A DNA stretch of 64,000 nucleotides, taken from positions 13,032-77,031 of the forward strand of contig JAJUJM010000004.1 in the NCBI GenBank assembly GCA_029265315.1, given 5' to 3'. Position 1 is the stretch's first letter; every line of letters starts with the position of its first letter. Source of the DNA: Actinomycetota bacterium (GTDB lineage: Bacteria; Actinomycetota; Coriobacteriia; Anaerosomatales; PHET01). The notes under the pieces were generated by a model. It made no database searches, was not told the origin of the DNA, and worked only from the letters and a program-made list of their open reading frames with translations. This document shows positions 1 through 11,747 of this stretch, piece by piece. Both the position numbers and the translations under genes were made by a program.

Positions 1-766
1 ACATGAAGTGCTCGCCCATCGCGCAGCCGCCCATCGGGGCGATGTACTGCAGCGGAGCGGGGTCGGACGCGTTGGCGGCCACGACGATCGTGTACTCCAT
101 CGCGCCGTACTGCTCGAGCGTCTCCACGAGACCCGCCACGGTGGAGGCCTTCTGGCCGACCGCGACGTACACGCAGATGACGTCCTTGCCCTTCTGGTTG
201 ATGATCGTGTCGACCGCGACGGCGGTCTTTCCTGTCTGGCGGTCGCCGATGATGAGCTCGCGCTGGCCGCGACCGATCGGGATCATCGCGTCGATGGCCA
301 TGATGCCCGTCTGCATCGGCTCATGGACACCCTTGCGCTCGATGACGCCCGGCGCGCGGAACTCGACCGGACGGTAGCCCTCAGCGGTGATCGGTCCCTT
401 GCCGTCCAGAGGCTGCCCGAGCGGGTTCACGATGCGGCCGAGCAACGCGGGGCCCGAAGGCACCTCCACGACGCGACCGGTGGTGCGGACGGTGTCGTTC
501 TCTTTGATGGCCGAGTACTCGCCCATGAGCACGGCGCCGACCTCATCCTCGTCGAGGTTCAGTGCCATGCCCATGACGGTGTGGCCGCCTGCGCCGACGA
601 ACTCGAGAAGCTCGCCGGCCATGGCGCCCTTCAGTCCGATGCAGCGGGCGATACCGTCGCCGAGCTGGATGACGGCGCCGACCTCACGGACGTCGACCTC
701 GGGCTTGAACGATTCGAGCTGGCGCTTCAGCACCTCATTGATGGAGCTTGCGCTGATCTGGGTCAC
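1..766 (-). CDS. atpA: F0F1 ATP synthase subunit alpha (3' end cut by window edge)
   Basis: Own minus-strand translation from GTG at 766: [24 protein letters not shown]... with Walker A GDRQTGKT. It follows atpH in the canonical order. It is absent from the ORF track because it runs off the window. Confidence 0.9.
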   Translation of the reverse strand, partial: MTQISASSINEVLKRQLESFKPEVDVREVGAVIQLGDGIARCIGLKGAMAGELLEFVGAGGHTVMGMALNLDEDEVGAVLMGEYSAIKENDTVRTTGRVVEVPSGPALLGRIVNPLGQPLDGKGPITAEGYRPVEFRAPGVIERKGVHEPMQTGIMAIDAMIPIGRGQRELIIGDRQTGKTAVAVDTIINQKGKDVICVYVAVGQKASTVAGLVETLEQYGAMEYTIVVAANASDPAPLQYIAPMGGCAMGEHFM

Positions 767-1324
767 TTATGCCTCACCTCCCTGCGATGCGTTCGAAAGC
801 GTGGCGCGCATCGCGTCGAGCTGCGAGGACAGGCTCCCGTCGAGCACACGCCCGGCGACGTTGATGCGGATACCACCGAGAATCGCCTCGTCCACGCGCT
901 CGCGCAGCGAGACGGGGCGGCCGAGAGCTGCGGCGAGCTTCTCGGTGAGCGACGCGCGCAGCGCGTCGTTGAGCGGAATGGCCGTGGTCACCTCGGCGAC
1001 GACGATGCCGCGCTCCGCTTCAGCTATCTCGCCGAAGCGGGCGGATATCGCACCCAGTGACCCGCCAAGACCTCTCTCGATCGCGAGCATGGCGATCGCG
1101 ACCGCCTCGGGTGCCACCGACCCGGCGAAGATCTCGCGCATGATCTCGCGCTTCTTCTCCGGCGTGATGGACTCGTCGGCGAGCGCATCGCGCAGCTCGA
1201 CGCTGCCCACGACCGTCTCGACGATCGTCTGCAGGCCGGCGCCCACGGCGTCGACCGCGTCGGCAACGTTGGCGAGCTCGAAGAGGACCCTGGCGTAGGT
1301 CCCGATGCCCTCGCTAGTTGTCAT
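767..1324 (-). CDS. atpH: F0F1 ATP synthase subunit delta (OSCP)
   Basis: 185-aa ORF between atpF and atpA. Its stop abuts the atpA start. Size and position are typical of the delta subunit. Confidence 0.85.
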   Translation of the reverse strand: MTTSEGIGTYARVLFELANVADAVDAVGAGLQTIVETVVGSVELRDALADESITPEKKREIMREIFAGSVAPEAVAIAMLAIERGLGGSLGAISARFGEIAEAERGIVVAEVTTAIPLNDALRASLTEKLAAALGRPVSLRERVDEAILGGIRINVAGRVLDGSLSSQLDAMRATLSNASQGGEA

Positions 1325-1898
1325 TCAGCCCGCCCACCTCTGCGACGTACTGCTCGATGAGCTTCGCGTGGTCCTCGGCCGAGAGCTTCTCACCGATGAG
1401 CTTGCTCGCCACGGCGACAGAGAGCTGTGCGACCTCGCCCTGGAGCTCGGCGACGACCGCACGCTTCTCGGCCTCGAGCGCCTCGTGGGCCTTCGCGATG
1501 ATCTGAGCGGCCTCCTCGTTGGCCTTGGCGATGATCTCGTCCTTCATCGTCTCGGCCACCTTGCGGCCCTGCTCGATGACCTTCGCGGCCTCGCCGCGCG
1601 CCTCAGCCAGCTGCTTCTTGTACTCCTCGAGCATGCGCTCGGCCTCGACCTTGGTCTCCTCGGCCTTCTCGAGGGACTCGCGGATGCGCTCCGCGCGGGC
1701 GTCGAGCATGGACAGGATCGCGGGGAAGGCGAACTTCCACAGCAGGAAGAACAGAATCAGGAATGCGACCCACGTCGGCCAGATGACGGCCGGGTTCGGG
1801 TACACCGATCCGAGCGTGGCAGCGAGCCCGCCCTCGGCAGCACCCTCGGCCGCGCCCTCACTGGCGAACGCGACTGCGGGAAACAGCAGATCCAACAC
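1314..1898 (-). CDS. atpF: F0F1 ATP synthase subunit b
   Basis: 194 aa. One N-terminal hydrophobic helix is followed by a long A/E/K-rich helix (EAERMLEEYKKQLAEARGEAAKV...). Operon position fits. Confidence 0.85.
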   Translation of the reverse strand: MLDLLFPAVAFASEGAAEGAAEGGLAATLGSVYPNPAVIWPTWVAFLILFFLLWKFAFPAILSMLDARAERIRESLEKAEETKVEAERMLEEYKKQLAEARGEAAKVIEQGRKVAETMKDEIIAKANEEAAQIIAKAHEALEAEKRAVVAELQGEVAQLSVAVASKLIGEKLSAEDHAKLIEQYVAEVGGLNDN

Positions 1899-1943
1899 TT
1901 CGTGGCCTCCGTCCTAGGGTTGGTCTTGAGCCCAGCGTGTCGC

Positions 1944-2162
<219 letters not shown>

Positions 2163-2261
2163 TTACTTCCTCCTTCGTTTCGAAGCCGCCGCTACGTCAG
2201 CGCGACTCCCAACCATTCACCGTTCACCGGCTTCCCTGTTCCGGGTCGCCGGGGTACTCCG

Positions 2262-3140
2262 CTAGTGCTCGGACGCGTGCACCGAGCTTTGGATGTAGAC
2301 CGCCGTGAGGATCGTGAACACGTATGCCTGGATGAACGCGACGAACAGCTCGAACGCGTACATGATGATCAGGAAGAGCAGCGACACCGCACCGACCGCG
2401 AGCCCGCCGGCCGTGATCCTCTGCATGAAGATGACCACGAACGCCGAGAACACGCCCAGGATGATGTGGCCGGCATACAGGTTGGCGAAGAGTCGGACCG
2501 CCAGCGTGAGCGGTCGGATGAAGAACGTAGAGACGAACTCGAGCAGGAAGATGTACCCGCCCAAGCCGATGCGGGCCGCAAGCGGCATGGCACGAACACC
2601 CGACGGGATCAGGCTCTTGAAGTAGCCGATGAACCCGTTCTTCGTGAAGCCGACCCACACGAACACGAGCCATGCGATGAGCGCCAAGGCGACGGTGCCG
2701 CCGACGGCGCCGCCGATGGACTTGCCGCCCGGGATCAGGCCGAAGATGTTCGACGTGAGAATGAGGAAGAAGAACGTGCCCAGCAGCGGCACGTACTTCG
2801 GGCCGTCCTTCTGGCCGATGACGTCCACGGCCATGTCGCGGATGAACTCCACGCCGGCCTCGATGACGCTGACCAGACGGTTCGCGGGGGCCAAGGCGCG
2901 CACGTCGCCCGACTGCGCCGCCAGCGCCATCTGCTTCTTCTCGCGGCTCGAGACCACGATCATGAGCACCATGACCGTGGCGAGTGCGATGAGGCCCCAG
3001 ACCACGTAGTTCGTGAGCACGAACGGGCCTGTCACGGGTCCCTCGTGGTGCATGTTGTCGTAAGGAAGCACCGAGAGCTCATGGACGAGCTCCGTTATCT
3101 TCTCCGGCAACAGCTCCATCGGGTTTGCTGCGTTCGCCAC
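2262..3140 (-). CDS. atpB: F0F1 ATP synthase subunit a
   Basis: 292-aa polytopic protein with the conserved LAVRLFANLYAGH segment (essential Arg). Confidence 0.92.
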   Translation of the reverse strand: MANAANPMELLPEKITELVHELSVLPYDNMHHEGPVTGPFVLTNYVVWGLIALATVMVLMIVVSSREKKQMALAAQSGDVRALAPANRLVSVIEAGVEFIRDMAVDVIGQKDGPKYVPLLGTFFFLILTSNIFGLIPGGKSIGGAVGGTVALALIAWLVFVWVGFTKNGFIGYFKSLIPSGVRAMPLAARIGLGGYIFLLEFVSTFFIRPLTLAVRLFANLYAGHIILGVFSAFVVIFMQRITAGGLAVGAVSLLFLIIMYAFELFVAFIQAYVFTILTAVYIQSSVHASEH

Positions 3141-3155
3141 GCGGCTTGCTCCCTT

Positions 3156-3533
3156 CTACTCGCGCGCCGCTGCTGCTGGCCTGCGGTACCTGTGCAGACC
3201 CGCGTAGCGGACCAACTCGACGGTATACAGAACCAGAAAACCCCCCGCGAAGGCGAACGCGAAGGGTCTGAAGCCAGCGGGTGCGAAGCTCTTGTAGCCC
3301 CAGAGGATGGCGGTGGCGGCTGCAAGCCTGACGAACAGTGAGAGCGCCGCGAAGGCCACTCCGGCCTCGGCGGCCCCCGGACGCACCATGCGCATGGACA
3401 GGCGAGAGAGCAGCAGGAACACGGCTGCCAACACCACGCCGAGCGCCACACCCACAAAGGGGTTCTCGAGCGCCGCGGTGCTATGGGCGAGTAGCGTGCT
3501 CAGCGTGCCTTCCCCTCTAGCGCGACACACCCG
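3156..3533 (-). CDS. small membrane protein, ATP synthase protein I-like
   Basis: Hydrophobic C-terminal two-thirds of ORF 3156..3677, located immediately upstream of atpB as in other actinobacterial atp operons. The start is uncertain; GTG at 3533 was chosen after an AGGGA-like SD. Confidence 0.5.
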   Translation of the reverse strand, partial: RVCRARGEGTLSTLLAHSTAALENPFVGVALGVVLAAVFLLLSRLSMRMVRPGAAEAGVAFAALSLFVRLAAATAILWGYKSFAPAGFRPFAFAFAGGFLVLYTVELVRYAGLHRYRRPAAAARE

Positions 3534-3761
3534 TCCCTGACGGGGCGGGTGAAATGCAGCATGACCTGCAGGGACGCCAGCGAATGTGGTGCGACGCGCA
3601 CCGATCAGACCGCGACGCGGCCACGCTCTTCGGGTCGCCGGCCACCCGAGCGCGCGAACATCGTAGCCGAACCCCACGGTGCCGACAAGGAAAAGAAAGG
3701 GGGATTCGACGAGCGGCGCGCCGAATAGAGAAAGGCTTCGCGGATCCAGGACGGCACCGCC

Positions 3762-4859
3762 TCAGGAGTCGCTCTCGTGCTCCTCATGATGGTGTGCGGC
3801 CTCGAAGAGGCCGAGCCAATGTGCCATGAACGCGGTGACGACGAAGAGCGCCACGAGCGTGGGCCACCTGAGGAACCCGGGCGAGTAGCGCACCGCGTAG
3901 GCCGCCACCGCCAGGGCTGCCGACCAGACATAGATGATGAGAACGGTCTGACGCTGGTCGAAACCGCGGCCTAGAAGCCTGTGGTGGATGTGCCCCTTGT
4001 CCGCGGAGTGGATCGGGCGACGATGCCTGATCCGCCTGACGATGGCGCTCGCGGTGTCGAAGATAGGGACGCCGATGATGAGCAGAGGGACCGCCAGAGC
4101 GATGGTCGCGGTGGTCTTCATGACGCCCAGCAGAGACACGGTGGCCAGCGTGAAGCCGAGGAACATCGCACCCGAGTCGCCCATGAAGATCGAGGCCGGG
4201 TGGAAGTTGTGGCGCAAGAACCCCGCACACGCACCGATCACGGCGGCGGCAAGCACCGCCGCATCGAGACGGTTGCCCTGAGCCGCCAGCACGAGCAGAC
4301 TCGTCGCCGCTATCGCGCTCACCCCGGCTGCAAGACCGTCGAGGCCGTCAATGAGGTTGATGACGTTCGCGAAACCGATGAGGTAGACGACCGTGATCGG
4401 AATCGACAGTACGCCCAAGGTGATCAACCCGCCGGACACGGGGTTGCCCACGTAGGCTATCCGAAGCCCCGCCCACACCACGATGCCCGCGGCCACGACC
4501 TGGCCGGCGAGCTTGGCGCCGGGGTTCAGGTCGACCAGGTCGTCGACGACGCCGACCAGGAACATGACGGTGATGCCGGCGAAGATGCCCAATGCGCGCC
4601 CGGCACCGCCCGTGCCTTGCAGAAGGTAGCCCTCCCAACCCAAGAAGGACTCCCCCGTCCACTGCACCAACAGCGCCGAGAGCACTCCTGCGAAGATGGC
4701 CACGCCACCGATCCGCGGAATCTCGCCCTCGTGCACGTTGCGTCCGCCCGGCTTGGCCACAGCGCCGGCGACAAGACCCAAGCGACGCACGAACGGCGTG
4801 ACCGCGAGCGTCACCGAAGCCGCGACAGCGATCAGAAGCGCGTAGTGCCCGTACGTCAC
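3762..4859 (-). CDS. wecA: undecaprenyl-phosphate GlcNAc-1-phosphate transferase (MraY/WecA family, GT4)
   Basis: 365 aa, polytopic, with motifs [12 protein letters not shown] and [12 protein letters not shown]. It sits upstream of the atp operon, as rfe/wecA does in Mycobacterium. Confidence 0.85.
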   Translation of the reverse strand: MTYGHYALLIAVAASVTLAVTPFVRRLGLVAGAVAKPGGRNVHEGEIPRIGGVAIFAGVLSALLVQWTGESFLGWEGYLLQGTGGAGRALGIFAGITVMFLVGVVDDLVDLNPGAKLAGQVVAAGIVVWAGLRIAYVGNPVSGGLITLGVLSIPITVVYLIGFANVINLIDGLDGLAAGVSAIAATSLLVLAAQGNRLDAAVLAAAVIGACAGFLRHNFHPASIFMGDSGAMFLGFTLATVSLLGVMKTTATIALAVPLLIIGVPIFDTASAIVRRIRHRRPIHSADKGHIHHRLLGRGFDQRQTVLIIYVWSAALAVAAYAVRYSPGFLRWPTLVALFVVTAFMAHWLGLFEAAHHHEEHESDS

Positions 4860-5344
4860 GACCGGTCGCCCTCAGCCGATGACATCTCTCGCGACCCCGG
4901 CGTGAGCAGACGTCTGGGGACGATGCCCGCCTCTGCGAGCAGTTCCTCGGACAGCGGGTCGGGGTATGGGTCGCGGAACACGATGTCGACCACGCCGGCG
5001 TTCAGCAGGATCTTGGCGCAGAGCACGCACGGCTGGTGGGTGCAGTATGCCGTCGCCCCATCCATCGCGATCCCGTGCTTGGCCGCCTGGATCACCGCGT
5101 TCTGCTCGGCATGGATGCCGCGGCAGAGCTCGTGATGACTGCCGCTCGGGATGTTGCGCTTCTCGCGCAGGCAGCCCACGTCCTCACAGTGCGCGAGCCC
5201 CTTGGGCACTCCGTTGTAGCCTGTGGCGAGTATGCGCTTGTCCTTCACCAGGACCGCGCCGGTGGCCCGCCTCAAGCAGGTCGAGCGGCCTGACACCTGC
5301 TCGGCGATCGCCATGAAGTACTCGTCCCACGACGGGCGAGGCAT
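4856..5344 (-). CDS. dCMP deaminase (CMP/dCMP deaminase zinc-binding family)
   Basis: Motifs HAEQNA and PCVLCAKIL. 162 aa. 4-nt overlap with wecA. Confidence 0.85.
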   Translation of the reverse strand: MPRPSWDEYFMAIAEQVSGRSTCLRRATGAVLVKDKRILATGYNGVPKGLAHCEDVGCLREKRNIPSGSHHELCRGIHAEQNAVIQAAKHGIAMDGATAYCTHQPCVLCAKILLNAGVVDIVFRDPYPDPLSEELLAEAGIVPRRLLTPGSREMSSAEGDRS

Positions 5345-5359
5345 CGTGTGAAAAGCCTC

Positions 5360-6001
5360 CTACTTGGTGCCGAAGAGACGGTCGCCCGCGTCCCCCAGAC
5401 CGGGGACTATGTAGCCGTGGTCGTTGAGGTGGCTGTCGACCGCGCAGGTGAAGATGCGGACGTCATCACAGCTCGCAAGCACCTCACGGATGCCTTCAGG
5501 TGCGGCTATCAACACGAGCAGGCTGATGTGGTTCGCCCCCTTCTCGCGGAGGAACTCGACCGCGGCCGCCGCCGAGCCCCCGGTGGCGAGCATCGGGTCG
5601 ACGATGAGCACGTCGCGTTCGGCGATGTCCTCGGGCAGCTTGCAGTAGTACTCCACCGGTCGCAGCGTCTGCGGGTCGCGGTACAGGCCCACGTGGCCGA
5701 CCTTGGCCGCGGGTATGAGCTCGAGGATGCCGTCCACCATCCCCAGTCCCGCGCGCAGGATCGGGATCACGGCCACCTTCTTGCCAGCGAGCACCCGCGT
5801 GGTGGTCTGGGTGATCGGGGTGGTCACAGTGGTCTCGGCGAGCTGGAAGTCCCGCGTGGCCTCATAAGCCGAGAGCATCGCCAGCTCTTTCACGAGCTCG
5901 CGGAACTCCTTCGCTCCTGTCGCGACATCGCGAAGTATCGAGAGCTTGTGCTGCACGAGCGGGTGGTCGATCACCACGACATTGTCAGGGAACTCGGTCA
6001 T
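5360..6001 (-). CDS. upp: uracil phosphoribosyltransferase
   Basis: 213 aa with PRPP-binding loop [15 protein letters not shown] and a C-terminal [16 protein letters not shown] motif. Confidence 0.93.
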   Translation of the reverse strand: MTEFPDNVVVIDHPLVQHKLSILRDVATGAKEFRELVKELAMLSAYEATRDFQLAETTVTTPITQTTTRVLAGKKVAVIPILRAGLGMVDGILELIPAAKVGHVGLYRDPQTLRPVEYYCKLPEDIAERDVLIVDPMLATGGSAAAAVEFLREKGANHISLLVLIAAPEGIREVLASCDDVRIFTCAVDSHLNDHGYIVPGLGDAGDRLFGTK

Positions 6002-6058
6002 TGACGATCGTCTCCTCGCCAGTCCACGCGAACCGCACGCGGCGGACGCGAACCACGC

Positions 6059-7306
6059 CTAGAGCATCGGATAGAGTGGGTGCTTCTCGATCAGGGCCGA
6101 GACCTCGGTCCTGATGTCGGCCAGCACCGACTCGTCATCACGGTTGAAGATCGCGCGGGCCATCAGGCAGCCGATGGTGTGCGCCTCACCTTCCGAGAAG
6201 CCACGCGTCGTCATGGCGGCGGTCCCGATGCGGATGCCGCTCGTGACGAACGGGCTTTCCGGGTCGTTGGGGATCGCGTTCTTGTTGACCGTGAAGCCCA
6301 CCTCCTCGAGGAGCTTCTCGGCGTCCTTGCCGGTGATACCGGCAGGGCGCAGGTCCACGAGCATGAGGTGGTTGTCGGTGCCGCCCGACACGAGCCGGAG
6401 TCCGCACTCCACCATCGCGGCACCCATCGCCTTGGCGTTGATGACGACCTGGTCGATGTAGGCCTTGAACTCGGGTTGCATGGCCTCCTTGAAGGCCACC
6501 GCCTTCGCGGCGATGATGTGCTCGAGCGGGCCGCCCTGCAGACCCGGGAACACGGCTTTGTCGAGAGCGGCCGCCCACTCCTCTTTGCACAGCACGAAGC
6601 CGGAGCGCGGACCGCGCAGGGTCTTGTGGCTCGTGGATGTCACGAAGTCCGCATGCGGCACCGGCGACGGGTGGGCGCCGGTCGCCACGAGCCCTGCGAT
6701 GTGGGCCATGTCGACCATGAGCACCGCTCCGACCGCCTTGGCGATAGCGGCGAAACGCTCGAAGTCGATGACGCGCGGGTAGGCGCTCGCACCGGCGATG
6801 ATCATCTTCGGCTTGTGCTCGTGGGCGAGGCGCTCCAGCCCATCGTAGTCGATCGTCTCGGTCTCCATGTCCAGCCCGTACGGGACGATGTTGAACCACT
6901 TGCCCGAGAAGTTGACCGGCGAGCCATGGGTCAGGTGGCCCCCCATCGCCAGGTTCATCCCCAGGACCGTGTCGCCCGGCTGACAGACGGCGTAGTAGAC
7001 GGCCATGTTCGCCTGAGCGCCCGCGTGGGGCTGCACGTTGGCATGGTCGGCCCCGAACAGCTCGCACGCCCGGCGTCGCGCCAGGTCCTCGACCTTGTCG
7101 ACCTCCTCGCAGCCCCCGTAGTACCGCTTGCCGGGCAGGCCCTCAGCGTACTTGTTCGTGAGCACCGTGCCTGCGGCCTCGAGGACTGCGGGTGAAACGA
7201 AGTTCTCGCTTGCGATGAGCTCGATCGTGCCGCGTTGCCGAGCGAGCTCAGCGTCGATCGCGGCGGCCACCTCCGGGTCTTGGGCCGGGATGTACTGAAG
7301 CGACAT
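6059..7306 (-). CDS. glyA: serine hydroxymethyltransferase
   Basis: Starts at ATG 7306 ([13 protein letters not shown]...). PLP-lysine region is [15 protein letters not shown]. The 39 extra N-terminal residues in the track were rejected. Confidence 0.95.
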   Translation of the reverse strand: MSLQYIPAQDPEVAAAIDAELARQRGTIELIASENFVSPAVLEAAGTVLTNKYAEGLPGKRYYGGCEEVDKVEDLARRRACELFGADHANVQPHAGAQANMAVYYAVCQPGDTVLGMNLAMGGHLTHGSPVNFSGKWFNIVPYGLDMETETIDYDGLERLAHEHKPKMIIAGASAYPRVIDFERFAAIAKAVGAVLMVDMAHIAGLVATGAHPSPVPHADFVTSTSHKTLRGPRSGFVLCKEEWAAALDKAVFPGLQGGPLEHIIAAKAVAFKEAMQPEFKAYIDQVVINAKAMGAAMVECGLRLVSGGTDNHLMLVDLRPAGITGKDAEKLLEEVGFTVNKNAIPNDPESPFVTSGIRIGTAAMTTRGFSEGEAHTIGCLMARAIFNRDDESVLADIRTEVSALIEKHPLYPML

Positions 7307-7367
7307 GGGGCGTGCGTCCTTTCGCTGACGTGTCAGCCCGACGCGCTCTGCGTCGAGCTCTTGGTCC

Positions 7368-7820
7368 TTACTCCTGCGACCGCGGACTCTCCACGGACGC
7401 GATCTTGGCCACCCGGCCGGCATGTCGACCGCCCTCGAAGGGTGTGGCCAGGAACTCGTCGACTATCCGTTCGTTGATCTCGGGGTCGACGAACCGCCCC
7501 GAGACCGTGATCACGTTGGCGTCGTTGTGCTGCCGGGCGAGCCGCGCGAACTCGGGGCTCGTCACGTTGGCCGCTCGGACGCCCGTGATCTTGTTGGCTG
7601 CGATCGCCATGCCTATTCCGGTGCCGCAGACCAGGACGCCGAAGTCAGCGTCGCCCTCCGCCACCTCACGACCCACGAGCAACGCGTAGTCCGGATAGTC
7701 GACCGATTCGTCTGAACCGGTGCCGAAGTCCGTGACCTCGTGTCCCTGTGCGACCAGGTGCGCCTTGAGCGACTCCTTCTGTTCGAATCCGGCGTGGTCT
7801 GACCCAAGCGCGACACGCAT
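7368..7820 (-). CDS. rpiB: ribose-5-phosphate isomerase B
   Basis: Starts at ATG 7820 ([12 protein letters not shown]...). Contains [15 protein letters not shown] and is 150 aa. Confidence 0.9.
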   Translation of the reverse strand: MRVALGSDHAGFEQKESLKAHLVAQGHEVTDFGTGSDESVDYPDYALLVGREVAEGDADFGVLVCGTGIGMAIAANKITGVRAANVTSPEFARLARQHNDANVITVSGRFVDPEINERIVDEFLATPFEGGRHAGRVAKIASVESPRSQE

Positions 7821-7966
7821 CGGACGATCGACCCCCTCGGGATCTCGCGGCGAAAGTGGACCGATTGTACCCCAAGCGCCGATCCACCCCGGTGACGATA
7901 TCGGGACCGATACCGCGATGGGTACAGGTCCCGATACGTCATCGGACGCATGCGCGCAGGAACGCG

Positions 7967-8608
7967 TCACGCACCGCCGCGCGCCGCCTCCATGATCGCT
8001 TCTGTGGGAATCGCTCCCTCGCGCACGACGACCGGCTCGGGCCCCGTGCACAGCACCACCGTGGAAGCCTGCTGGTGCTCGGTCTCGCCGCCGTCGAGCA
8101 CGAGGTCGGCCGCTGTGATGATGCGGGGCTCGACCTCCTCGAACGAGCCGGGAGCCGGATTGCCGTGCGTGTTGGCGGACGTGGCGAATATCGGACCTCC
8201 CGCGGCCTGCAGAAGCTCCATCACGACTTCGTGCTTGGGGCTGCGAAGCCCGATCGTCCCGTCCGGAGCGCGGAAGTCACGTGGCACCTTCTCAGAAGCC
8301 TTCACCACAAGCGTGACGGCCCCTGGCCAGAAAGCACGGGCGATGTTGTGGGCGTACTCCGGCACGTCCTCGCCCCACGTGTCGAGCGCGTCCTCCGTCT
8401 CGACGAGCAGAGGGATCGGGAGGTCCGCCGGCCGGACTTTCACCTCGAAGATCTCGTGCGGACCGAACTTGGAGTCCGCCAGTGCCCCCAGACCGTAAAC
8501 GGTCTCGGTCGGGAAGACGACGATCCCGCCGTCACGAAGCACCGTGGCGGCGAGATTGATGACTTCTGCGGAAGGGTTCTCCGGGTCCACTCGATATTGC
8601 TTCGTCAT
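7967..8608 (-). CDS. tsaC: L-threonylcarbamoyladenylate synthase (YrdC/TsaC domain only)
   Basis: 213 aa with motif VVFPTETVYGLGA. Conserved position downstream of prmC. Confidence 0.85.
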   Translation of the reverse strand: MTKQYRVDPENPSAEVINLAATVLRDGGIVVFPTETVYGLGALADSKFGPHEIFEVKVRPADLPIPLLVETEDALDTWGEDVPEYAHNIARAFWPGAVTLVVKASEKVPRDFRAPDGTIGLRSPKHEVVMELLQAAGGPIFATSANTHGNPAPGSFEEVEPRIITAADLVLDGGETEHQQASTVVLCTGPEPVVVREGAIPTEAIMEAARGGA

Positions 8609-9522
8609 GTTTCGAGCCCTCCTTCACAAGGTGGCCTGTCGGCTGACCGCCCCCTTCGCCTGAGCCGCGCGAGCACCACGCGGTCACGCCCGGCGAGATC
8701 ACGGACGGTCCTGACCTCTTCATACCACTCTAACGCTTCTTTGGCCGCCGACTGCACCCTTCTTTCGTCGAGTTCCACGGCGAGCAGCCCTCCGGGGGCG
8801 AGCCACTCGCGCGCTTGGGCCAGCAGGCGCCGATAGACCTCCAGGCCGTCCGGCCCGCCGTCAAGCGCCAGGTGCGGCTCGAAGCCTGCGACCTCGAACG
8901 GTAGCGTCGGCACATCTGCGCTGGGTACGTAGGGCGGGTTCGCCACCACCACGTCGAGACGGCCCCGCAGCTCACCGGGAAGGCCGGCCATGAGATCGCC
9001 TTCACTGACGGTCACCCGGCCGTCCAACCCCAGCCGTCGCGCATTGTCACGGGCGACCTCGACCGCGAGTGCCGAGATGTCGGTGGCCAAGACCCGGCAG
9101 CGCGGGCACTCCTGCGCGATCGAGAGGGCGATGCACCCGCTGCCTGTGCAGATGTCGGCCACAGACGGAGCTTCACACATTGAGACCGCCCGAAGCACCT
9201 CGCCCACGAGCACCTCGGTTTCAGGCCGCGGTATGAGCACTCCGGGACGGACGCGCAGCACGAGGTGCCTGAAGGCGACCTCGCCCGTCACGTACTGGAG
9301 CGGCTCACCGCTAGCGCGCCGCCTCACCGCCTCGCGAAGCGTCGCGCGCTCGTCTGACGTGAGTGGGCGGTCGTGGTAGGCGTAAAGCTCAACGCGCGAA
9401 AGCCCGGTGGCCGCGGACATGAGCCACTCCGCGCTGCGTCGCGGATGCTCATCGCCCTTCTCGGCGAGGAAGCCCCGCGTCCAGTCGAGCGCCGCTGCGA
9501 CCGTCCAGACCCGCTCCGTCAT
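8605..9522 (-). CDS. prmC: release-factor glutamine N5-methyltransferase
   Basis: SAM-MTase motif DICTGSGCIA and catalytic NPPY (VVANPPYVP). Downstream of prfA. Confidence 0.9.
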   Translation of the reverse strand: MTERVWTVAAALDWTRGFLAEKGDEHPRRSAEWLMSAATGLSRVELYAYHDRPLTSDERATLREAVRRRASGEPLQYVTGEVAFRHLVLRVRPGVLIPRPETEVLVGEVLRAVSMCEAPSVADICTGSGCIALSIAQECPRCRVLATDISALAVEVARDNARRLGLDGRVTVSEGDLMAGLPGELRGRLDVVVANPPYVPSADVPTLPFEVAGFEPHLALDGGPDGLEVYRRLLAQAREWLAPGGLLAVELDERRVQSAAKEALEWYEEVRTVRDLAGRDRVVLARLRRRGRSADRPPCEGGLET

Positions 9523-9560
9523 CTACTGGTCCAGACCCATGCCAGCGAACGACTCAGACA

Positions 9561-10634
9561 TCAGGCCTCTGCGAACGCCGCGAGACGCTCTGCTCTGTCG
9601 GCGGCGGTGAGGGCCTCGACGAGCGGGTCGATCTCGCCGGCCATGATCGCCGGGATGTTGTGCACGGTGAGCCCGATGCGGTGGTCGGTCACGCGGTCTT
9701 GCGGATAGTTGTAGGTCCTGATCTTCTCGGAGCGGTCACCGGACCCGATCTGGCTGCGACGCTGCTCGCCCAGCTCGGCCTGCTGCCTCTCGAGCTCCAG
9801 CTCGTAGAGGCGTGCTCGCAGGACCCGCATCGCCGCCTCTCTGTTCTGGAGCTGGGACTTCTGGTTCTGCGACTGCACGACGAGCCCCGTCGGCAGGTGC
9901 GTGATCCGCACCGCCGAATCGGTGGTGTTGACCGATTGGCCACCGGGACCGCTCGAGCGGTACACATCGATGCGCAGGTCGTTCGGGTTGATCTCGACCT
10001 CGACGTCCTCGACCTCGGGAAGCACCGCGACGGTGGCGGTCGACGTGTGGATGCGGCCCTGTGACTCGGTGACCGGCACACGCTGCACCCGGTGCACGCC
10101 CGACTCGAACTTCATCTTGGAGTAGACCTTGTCGCCGCGGACGCGGAACGAGACCTCCTTGAAGCCGCCGGCCTCGGACTCGCTCGCATCGATCTCCTCG
10201 ACCTTCCAGCGCTGCAGTTCCGCATACCGCGTGTACATGCGGTACAGGTCGCCGGCGAAGATGGCGGCCTCGTCGCCACCCGCGCCCGCCCGGATCTCGA
10301 CGATGATGTCCTTCTCATCGTTGGGGTCTCCCGGCAGCATCATCACTTTGAGCTCGTCCTCAAGCTGAGGGATGCGCGACTCGAGCTCCTTCGCTTCCTC
10401 AGCGGCAAGCTCTTTCATGTCCGGGTCGGACTCGGTCTTCAGGACCTCTTTGGCCTGTTCGAGCTCTCTCAGCACGCCCAAGTACTCGCGAGCCTTGTCG
10501 GCGAGCGGGGCTTGGCTGCGTTGCTCCTTCGCCAAACGGGCGTATTCCTTCTGGTCGCCGAACACCGCCGGGTCGGCGAGCTTGGCGGTCAGTTCGTCGT
10601 ACGCGGCGAGGAGTCGTTCGAGTTTCTCACGCAT
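9561..10634 (-). CDS. prfA: peptide chain release factor 1
   Basis: GGQ motif ([10 protein letters not shown]) and RF1-type P-V-T tripeptide ([14 protein letters not shown]). 357 aa. Confidence 0.95.
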   Translation of the reverse strand: MREKLERLLAAYDELTAKLADPAVFGDQKEYARLAKEQRSQAPLADKAREYLGVLRELEQAKEVLKTESDPDMKELAAEEAKELESRIPQLEDELKVMMLPGDPNDEKDIIVEIRAGAGGDEAAIFAGDLYRMYTRYAELQRWKVEEIDASESEAGGFKEVSFRVRGDKVYSKMKFESGVHRVQRVPVTESQGRIHTSTATVAVLPEVEDVEVEINPNDLRIDVYRSSGPGGQSVNTTDSAVRITHLPTGLVVQSQNQKSQLQNREAAMRVLRARLYELELERQQAELGEQRRSQIGSGDRSEKIRTYNYPQDRVTDHRIGLTVHNIPAIMAGEIDPLVEALTAADRAERLAAFAEA

Positions 10635-10679
10635 CGGACTGCTTCTTCCTGGTTCCAGATACGGTCATCTACGGTGCCC

Positions 10680-11744
10680 TCATGCAGGTATGGGGCCGTC
10701 CGCCAGCGGTTCCGGGGCCTCGCCGGGTCCGCGCGCCGATCCGAGAGCGCTTCCGTCGCCTGCGGTCTCGGGGCCCTTGCCCGTCTCCTCGCGACGCTCG
10801 CGCTCGATGACCGGCATGACCGCAGCCACCGCCACCTCGATCATCGCATCGTCGGGCTCGCGCGTGGTCATGCGCTGGAGCTGCAGCCCCGGCCACAGCA
10901 GCACCTTCACGAGCGGGCTTTCCGAGTGCGTGCCGGCCCACTTGACGGTGATCTCATACGCGATACCGGCCACGAGTGGCATGAGGATGATACGCGAGAG
11001 GATGACGAGCGCAAGGACGACGTAGCGGTTGTCGATCCCCCAGCTCGTCGCGATCGCTTTGACCGGCACGAGCGAGAACACGAGGATCGCGACGACCATC
11101 ACCATGAGCAGGAACGAGGTACCGCAGCGCATGTGCTGCGTGGACCAGCGCTGGATGATGCGCGGCTCGAGCGGGAGCCCGTGCTCGTAGGCGTGGATCA
11201 CCTTGTGCTCGGCGCCGTGGTACGCGAACACCCGCTGGATGTCCTTCATCCGGCTGATCGCCCAGATGTAGACGAAGAACGCGACCACGCGCAGAAGTCC
11301 GTCGACCACGTTCCATATGAAGGGTCGGTCGGTCGCCTGCCCCACGAACAGGTTCGTGAGTATCGCGGGCAGCACGATGAAGAGGCCCACCGCGAGACCG
11401 ACACCCATCACGAGCGAGAACGTCACCTCTCCGGCTGAGAGCTGCTCGTCTTCGGTCTCACCGGCAAGCGACGCCGAGACGGTGAACGCCTTCATCGCCA
11501 GCGCGAGCGTCTCAACGAGCGCGACCACGCCGCGGATGATCGGCTTGCGCATCCAGGCACGACTCGCTGCCGCAGAGTGCAGGTCGTGCTCCTCGACATG
11601 GATGGACCCGTCAGGGGTGCGGACAGCGACCGCCCAGTTGTACTTGCCGCGCATCATCACGCCCTCGAGGACCGCTTGGCCCCCGATGTGCGTGTGCTTG
11701 ACAGGTCCGTCCATGCGCTCGACGGCCGGTGTGGTGTCGCTCAT
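10680..11744 (-). CDS. DUF1385 (YqhQ-like) membrane protein
   Basis: 354 aa. The N-terminus IGGQAVLEGVMMRG...WAVAVR and the central HGAEHKVIHAYE motif are typical of DUF1385 proteins, which commonly sit between rpmE and prfA. Confidence 0.7.
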   Translation of the reverse strand: MSDTTPAVERMDGPVKHTHIGGQAVLEGVMMRGKYNWAVAVRTPDGSIHVEEHDLHSAAASRAWMRKPIIRGVVALVETLALAMKAFTVSASLAGETEDEQLSAGEVTFSLVMGVGLAVGLFIVLPAILTNLFVGQATDRPFIWNVVDGLLRVVAFFVYIWAISRMKDIQRVFAYHGAEHKVIHAYEHGLPLEPRIIQRWSTQHMRCGTSFLLMVMVVAILVFSLVPVKAIATSWGIDNRYVVLALVILSRIILMPLVAGIAYEITVKWAGTHSESPLVKVLLWPGLQLQRMTTREPDDAMIEVAVAAVMPVIERERREETGKGPETAGDGSALGSARGPGEAPEPLADGPIPA

Positions 11745-11747
11745 CAG

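Noticed and set aside
6059-7423. N-terminal extensions in the ORF track. Affected genes: glyA, rpiB 7368..8051, thyX, rho, cpgS, sppA 19389..20609, hom 21513..22907, lysA, nuoA/B/C/K, holB, the MFS gene, topA, HD, the lipoprotein, tatA, the plus-strand STAS gene, and the amidohydrolase 54605..56254.
   Set aside because: The extensions are Arg-rich, overlap the upstream gene, and precede internal starts. Those internal starts have SD sequences or ATGA/GTGA stop-start overlaps and yield canonical protein N-termini.
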